Below, piece by piece: positions 57,076 through 64,000 of a stretch of DNA of 64,000 bases. The DNA comes from Octopus sinensis (taxonomy: Eukaryota), in NCBI RefSeq assembly GCF_006345805.1, contig NC_043006.1:13640001-13704000 (forward strand), written 5' to 3'. Every line of letters starts with the position of its first letter. Positions within the stretch are counted from its first letter, which is position 1. The position numbers were made by a program, and so were the translations under genes. A model generated the notes under the pieces. It ran no database searches. It saw only the letters and a program-made list of their open reading frames with translations, and had not been told where the DNA came from.

Positions 57076-57362
57076 CTCTCTCTCTCTCACTTTCTCCCCA
57101 TTCCTCACCCTCTTCTACTATCGTATATCACTCTCCACCCCCACACACTCAATAATACTATAAAAAGAGGCAATTCTCCTGAAAAGATTCAATCCAAAGA
57201 CTCTACTAGAGTGGACGCAAGAGCAAATATATGACTTATAAAAACATGTGACATATTAATAAATATCTGTAAATATAAAACCATCCAGATTTCTGAGTAC
57301 CTCATGTCTTCTAATATATAATACTTGTACGTCATCTCCAAACCTTCTACTATATATGCATG

Positions 57363-57419
<57 letters not shown>

Positions 57420-57424
<5 letters not shown>

Positions 57425-57615
57425 ACGGGAAGCTTTATGAAAATAAACAAAAGACGAAGGCAGGTGGAGTACAAACAAACAATTGTATTAGTATGGCGCT
57501 CAGGAATATAAATAAAACAAGTCTTTTACGTTTCGAGCCTACGCTCTTCAACAGAAAGATACACAGAAAAGAAACACGGAGAGAAACAAGGAGACAAAAA
57601 AAATGCGTGCAGAAG

Positions 57616-57620
<5 letters not shown>
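57420..57620 (-). mobile_element. Short Penelope-derived terminal element flanked by (TA)n, carrying a hammerhead-like motif
   Basis: Minus strand ctttctgtTGAAGAgcgtaggctcGAAAcgtaaaagac; homologous to the terminus at 4635-4750. Confidence 0.6.
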
Positions 57621-57661
<41 letters not shown>

Positions 57662-58428
57662 GCGTATACGCACACACGTGTTTGCGTATGTGTGACATGT
57701 TTGTCGGACCGACGAGGGCCATCAAGTCACCTTTATAGATTACTGATGTGTTTCTGAGAGTGTGTGTCTGTGTGCTTAATGCGCGCACGTATGTGTGTAG
57801 CGAAACATAGGCTCTTATATGGACAAACGTTTGTGTGTGTAAGTGTATGTGTGTGTGTATGTGTTCGTGTGTGTGTGTGCCTGTGGCTGTTCATTATTTA
57901 CTCCTTAAAACCATTACTGTGTTCAAGTTGTGTCTGTTTATTTTCCTTAAAGTAGTTGTTTGTCAAGTAGAGATCTGTAATTTAATATGAAACTAAACTA
58001 CAAGTAAGAGTTAATATAATCGAATCACCCCTTGGATGCAGTGTTTCATTATCGATCCAGGGCGCTGACCGGGACCGATAGAAGTGTAAAAGAATATAAT
58101 AAAGATCTAAGTGAACAATTTCGTTTTATATTTGCTATTTATTGGTTTTTAGTCTTAAATTTATGCCTTAAAATATTTGAAGTATTGCTAAAGAACATGT
58201 ATAAATATAAAGGAAATGTGTTTAAGGTACAGCTTATTTCTGTATACATTGACATTTATGATCAATAAAATGTTTTAGGTGTGTAGAAGTTGAGTATGAA
58301 GGCATGAAATTTGAACTCATTGAAGAAAGGAAAAAAAAAAGAAAGAAAGATAGAAAGGAAAAACGATAGAAAAATAGAAAGAAGAAAACAAATGAAAGTA
58401 TGTGGGAGAGAGAAAATAGCAAGCTACC

Positions 58429-58429
<1 letters not shown>

Positions 58430-58490
<61 letters not shown>

Positions 58491-58498
58491 TATAGTTG

Positions 58499-58565
<67 letters not shown>

Positions 58566-58636
58566 GGATAGATGGATAGATAGATGGATAGATAGATATA
58601 TATATAGATAGATAGATAAATAAATAGATAAATAGG

Positions 58637-58689
<53 letters not shown>

Positions 58690-58722
58690 TGATAGATAGA
58701 TAGATAGATAGATTGATAGATA
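58430..58722. repeat. (GATA)n microsatellite, continuing at 59682-59767
   Basis: Direct inspection. Confidence 0.95.
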
Positions 58723-59681
58723 TGTTTCTTTATTAGCCACACAGGGCTGCACACAGATAGAACAAATTACAAGGTAGAGCTTTTCTTTTGAAGGTTTAAA
58801 AAAAAAAATGGATGGGGGGAGTTTCGATCAAAAGGGATCGTAAAAGGAGAGAAAGAGGACAAAAAAGGGGGGTTAAAGAAAAAGGGGGAGAGGAAAAAAA
58901 AATAAAAATAAAAATAAAATAAAATTTGATCAATAGGGATCGTTATCACAGAAATGTCAATATGAAGTGTAAAGGGGAGGACAGGTGAGGTTTACCCGTG
59001 GAAAGAAAAGCCTACGGAAAAGACCACGGTAACCTCGGTCAATGGAGTCACATGTTATATTTCTTTTTTTTTTTTGCGAATAAGCAACTCTCTGTTTTCA
59101 ATTTCTGGGTTCATCGGATTATGCTCAAGGTGGCTTCGTCATTCATACGTGCCATTCATGCTACATTCACCCATCTTTTTTAAAACATTCGCTAGACAAA
59201 ACTTGCCTCTCTACTCTCACTTTCCTTTTCAAGTGGTACTTGAAGACGTTGATGAGAGATTGACCAGAGAGGAAAGTGTTTGTCTCCAATCCTTTCAGAC
59301 GCGTCCACCAGATACATTCTTTCGCCATAGCCACAAGGATGATGAAAATAGCTCTTCCTTCCCGTTTGAAGGAAGGAGGCGTGACAATATTGACGATAGA
59401 CTGAGCTGATAAACCGACTCGTCCCACACGTGACAGCAGTTGTTCGACATAAGCCCACAGGTCGGAAATTGTTGGACACTGCACGAGTGCGTGCAGAACG
59501 GTTTCGTCGCTCTGACCGCATCTCGGGCAGGTCGGCCCCGTGTTTCTCGAGCCGTGTCTGTAGAGCTTATCCCGAACGGGTAGCGCTTCTCGGTAGCACT
59601 GCCAGGCCAGGGATCTCTGGAAGTTGTCCATGGCCCTGGCCCGAAAGTCGTCCTGAACAGGCGGGTCAGGTACTCCTCGAT
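58723..59681 (-). mobile_element. 5'-truncated Tx1/L1-clade LINE (ORF2 C-terminus and 3' UTR)
   Basis: ALPVRDKLYRHG...TCPRCGQSDETVLHALVQC (CCHC knuckle)...AKECIWWTRLK...FKKRW. The 3' UTR ends AATAAAgaaaca directly at (TATC)n with no poly(A). Confidence 0.85.
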
Positions 59682-59682
59682 T

Positions 59683-59768
<86 letters not shown>

Positions 59769-60237
59769 AAGGATCGAAGAAAGACCAGATTAATGTGTAT
59801 GATGTATTCAAGGGATAATATAAAATTAAAAGAGAATGTAAAAGAGAAGAAAAGGAATATATGAATCCGGAGCTAATCCTTGTTAATTTGTCTTAGCATG
59901 GTTTCCAGGTAAGCAATACTTAAATTAGGACACAAGCTAAAGAAAAACTTGCGAATAACGTGAGACGTCAATGTACTGAAAGCTTTAAAAGAGGATAAAA
60001 TCCATGTCTCGGACGATGGTCTTTTATCACAGCAAGAAGTAGAGGGAAAAGGAATGGACATGAAAAAAAAGGAAACAGTGAATTTAGTTATTCAACGATG
60101 CATCAAGCTCGAACAATAGGTAAGAAATAGTGATGTTTTTAACAGAGATTAATGGAAGTAAGCTTTAGAAGCGGATATGATAGAAGTTGGTGAAGAAAAG
60201 TGTGCGTGAAGTATGTTAATGGGTATGCATGCGTGTA

Positions 60238-60646
60238 TCTCTCTCTATATATAAACGGCAGTTTGTCTGTCTATGTGTCAGTGTGGCTGTCAGGTTGTAC
60301 CCTCACCCTGACCACGGCTTTCAACCGATTCTGATGAAACTTGACACACACATAGCTCAATGTCACAATTCAAAACTAACGCAGCGAAGAGTTTGAAAAG
60401 TTCCCCCAGTTCTGAAAAAAATCGATGAATTCGACATGGGTCGAGAATCTAAGCTTTTTATATGCAACACATTTTCTGTCGGGAGACAGCTAGGAACATC
60501 GTATACATAGAAGTATTCGAATGAAGAGAAGACATTGCAACCTACACATGCGCCTTCGTTCCCTAGAGGGAAAGAACTAGATTGGGATTAGTCGTTGCCT
60601 ACTAGGGGCTCTTACATACCCAGGCAACGCCGGGCTATGCTGCTAG
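60238..60646 (+). mobile_element. Non-autonomous Helitron
   Basis: A|TC start, tctgtct tract, 3' cccaggcaacgccgggctatgctgCTAG|T. Confidence 0.75.
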
Positions 60647-61202
60647 TGTAGTATAAAAGTAAGGTAGCGGGATAAAATATTTGTAAGATATTTTTAGCTG
60701 AATGTTATTAGGTAAGATGTGTATCTTTTATCTTGTACTTGTTTCAGTCATTAGACTACGGCCCTGCTGGGGCACCGCCTTGAAGAATTTTTAGTTCAAC
60801 AAATCAACCCCAGTACTTGTTCTTTTGATAATTGTTAAGTCGGGCACTTATTCTATCGGGTCTTTTACCAAAACGCTAGGTTATGAGGACGGAAACACAC
60901 CAACACTGGTTGGCAAACGGTGACTGGGAACAAGGAAAATACATGCATACACTAACATATACATATACACACACACACGCATATACACGAAGGGATTCTT
61001 TCAGTTTCCGTCTACCAAATCCACTCACAAGGCATTGGTCGGCCTGGGGCTATAGTAGAAGACACTTGCCCAAGGTGCCACGCAGTGGGACTGAACCTGG
61101 AACCATGTGGTTGGGATGCAAACTTCTTTCCACACAGCTACGCCTGCGCCTATAAAAGTTAAGAAATAGTCTTATGTGAATAAAGTGATGGAGTGTGCAT
61201 TA

Positions 61203-62740
61203 GGGAGGATCGAAAAATGCAACTTTCGAAATTGGTAACCAAGAATCGATATTTTATAGCGAATCAGGGTTAAAAGAAAGGTGTATAAAGAACTTTGTGG
61301 TTCAATATTTTTTCAAGCTCCGCTACGCAATTGAAAATTTTAAAAATTCCTATTTGGGGTCGAATTTTGTATTTCACAGATTATAAGTCGCAACGAATAC
61401 ATATTTCTACATAGCAGAATGCATAAAAGTGAATACAGTATTCTTAAGAGGTTGCATACCAATTTTCAGCACAATTTTTTAATAGCTTAAGGTTCTGCAT
61501 TGGCTGTAAATAGAACGGTAGCGTGACCTTCTCTCCAGTACTGCTGTAACGGTCGTTGCGTGTGGATATGTGTCGTAAGTGTGTGAAGTTTTCTGCTTTG
61601 TACCTTGATTTCAGGCCATTGTATTAAAATTAATGATCGTGTTAAATTTAGTGTTGTTTACATTTAGTGACGACTCATAAGCCAATAACGTGTCATGATA
61701 GTGAATGCCCAGTTTTTGCTGACTCATGTGATCTTAGCGAGCTAGTTTTGCTAAATTACAAAAACGCACTAAAATGTGTTTTATTTGAACGAGAAAAAGA
61801 AAAGAATGTAGTTAAGAAAAATCTTTGAATTAAGAAAATTGTCAAGATTGTAGCAGAAGAGATAATTCTTCTTTGGCAGAAAAAGGCATCCATCCTTTGT
61901 GTTACAACTGAGTCAGTTAAACCGAAAATCTTAAACTTTTGTCTAAAGTTCAAAGCATTACTAAAATCTGTGAAAAATAGAAAAAAAAATGTGCCATCGT
62001 TTCAAGCAAAGTGAAAAGTGTTTAAAAACAATGCAACAAAAGATTTATTTGACATTTCTAGTTGCAAGTGCAACACCTTTAGAAACTGCAGTTGTAATAG
62101 ACAAAAAAGGTATAAGAGAAAAAACAAGATTTTTTACACGATCAACGGACAAATCGGAAAATGATCATTGACAGAACAGATCAAGCAGTATCTAAGCAGA
62201 ACACTCAGAGGTTGATTAGAAAGAATCGCCCAGATCACAGTCCCCTATTCTACGTCAGCAGATTCTGAATTGATTCAAGCAATGAATCTGGAAAGGGATC
62301 AGCAGGCGAACATGAACATTTTCCAATTCCATTTTCCATGAAACGAAAAGACCTCAGCAAAAACATTTGTTCATATAACACTTCTATTCGGTGACCAAGT
62401 ATTAAAAATAATAAAGAAAACAAAGTCGTAAAGTGTATTTATTTCACATAATTTCGAAATATCAAGTGCGTTGCGGACCTTGAAGATATAAATTTTAGAG
62501 CTTGAGATTTTAATACTATTGTTTTTAAAGAGTTTTGCAACGGAAAATCGATTCGTAATGAATGTAAAACATAAAGGGAGGAATGGCAAAAATAAAGGGA
62601 GGAATGGCAGAGCTTGAAGTTGTAAATTTAAGAACTTCAGATTTTAACACAGTTGTTTCTAAAGAATTTCGCAATGCAAAATATATTCTTGAAAACATAT
62701 TTCGAAAATCTGTGTAAAAAGTACCCGTTTCGCTCCACCC
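61203..62740 (+). mobile_element. Degraded TIR DNA transposon (1.54 kb) with a remnant coding sequence; superfamily unassigned
   Basis: TA|GGGAGGATCGAAA at the left end and TTTCGCTCCACCC|TA at the right (11/13 TIR match). The internal frameshifted peptide reads EEIILLWQKKASILCV...DLFDISSCKCNTFRNCSC...FLHDQRTNRKMIID. Confidence 0.65.
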
Positions 62741-62904
62741 TAGTATACATGTGTGCTGAAAGTGGAAGGACGCATAAGGTGTGCGAGGGGGAATATTTGT
62801 CTTTTAGAAAATACGAAATCGATTGAGGCCAGTAGAGATAGCTGCTTAAACAGAATACAAGCTGTTATTCACGCTGAAACAAGGAAATAGGAATGACATA
62901 ATAT

Positions 62905-63292
62905 ATGATATATATAAAGCTGAATTTGACTGTGTATGGCAGGTTTGGTAGCCTTCAACTAACACTATCTCCTCCAAGACCCTGCGGCGCAAGTTGACCA
63001 AAATTGAGCGTATGATAGAAGATTTGCTCTTCATTCCGTAGAAGAAAAAATTTAAATCGGACCATGTTAACACCAAAAATTATTTATATCAAAAAGGTAC
63101 TTTTTTTCTATGAAAATCCTTATTTATTTTCGATTTTTTGACTGCTGTGTCACCATTTTTCGGTGTATTTCAACCAAAAAATTGTTCACTTAAAGAGAAT
63201 AACAAGCTACATAATGCAAAAGTTTTACTTTTCAAAAATTCTAATTCTAAAGGGTCGAAACAAACCCGAGCAACGCCGGGAGATACTACTAG
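62905..63292 (+). mobile_element. Non-autonomous Helitron (same family as 52893-53285)
   Basis: Colinear with 52893-53285; ends cccgagcaacgccgggagatactaCTAG|T. Confidence 0.8.
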
Positions 63293-64000
63293 TATATGAT
63301 ATATTAATCTCCAAAACAACAAGACGCAGGTGGGAGAAGCCGGCAGATTTGGAGTCATGGACCACTGGTCTGAATGGACTGATATTGTTGCGTCATACAT
63401 CGAGCAAGTCTTATCTAAAATGGTCGTCCAAACGGTGACCACTTTTTTTTACAGTAAAATGTACATGAAAGGAGAGAATATTGCAGTTAGGGAGCACTGA
63501 TCTATATCACCTGTCCCAGATATTCGAAGTAGCCAATATTACTTTCGTTGTTGCTGCAGTTGCTTTTTACGAATCTGCCTGATAATTCCGTCTTGTTTTC
63601 AGTTATAATATACCCAATACTGTTTCCCTTTTAGAGTTCTGTTTAATTTCAAGGCAGTCGGTTATATTTTTAGCTCTAAGTTGAACGACTCAGTAGAAAG
63701 TCTCCCGTCGACTCGTAGTTCAAATTGTTGTTGTTGTTGGTGGTGGTTTGCCCTTATTGAGCAGGTCTATAAGAACTTTAGTTCTAGCCATGACCTTCCC
63801 ATTTATTCCAGTCTTAGTTTATCAAGAACTGCATCATATTAAATGAGCAATTAATATTTACTTTCGTTCCATTGGAATTTGAAGTATGTTTGTATTTGGT
63901 ACCTTGTTCTAAACTAATAAAGTATTAATACTGCTATTATTACTGCAGTATTTAAATAGCAGTATCAATAGCAGTATTTTGGATTAATACTGCTTCAGTT

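Noticed and set aside
59880-60125. Plus-strand exon suggested by two strong donors (CAG|gtaagc and TAG|gtaaga)
   Set aside because: No convincing acceptor or open frame with protein-like content.

Overview
AT-rich, repeat-dense eukaryotic genomic DNA. The SINE, LINE and microsatellite families look like octopus (coleoid cephalopod); this is inferred from pattern recognition, not a database search. The only host gene I can support is a minus-strand rhodopsin-family neuropeptide GPCR resembling the trissin receptor. Its first two coding exons (15785-15950 and 8417-8577) splice cleanly to rebuild the TM1 'GN' and TM2 'LAxAD' motifs; the later exons probably lie left of the window. The rest is intron or intergenic DNA holding three tRNA-derived SINE families, relics of R4/Dong, Tx1/L1, CR1, RTE and Penelope-like retroelements, non-autonomous Helitron/Helentron and TIR elements, and long microsatellites. 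The most unusual structures are: (i) a ~950-bp inverted duplication bracketing GPCR exon 2, plus several other local foldbacks of different ages; (ii) head-to-tail SINE multimers with a conserved junction at three loci; (iii) LINEs sitting inside specific microsatellites, (TAA)n and (GATA)n; and (iv) hammerhead-ribozyme-like motifs in Penelope-derived termini. Almost all ORFs in the supplied track are microsatellite or SINE artefacts. Identity figures are by-eye estimates.
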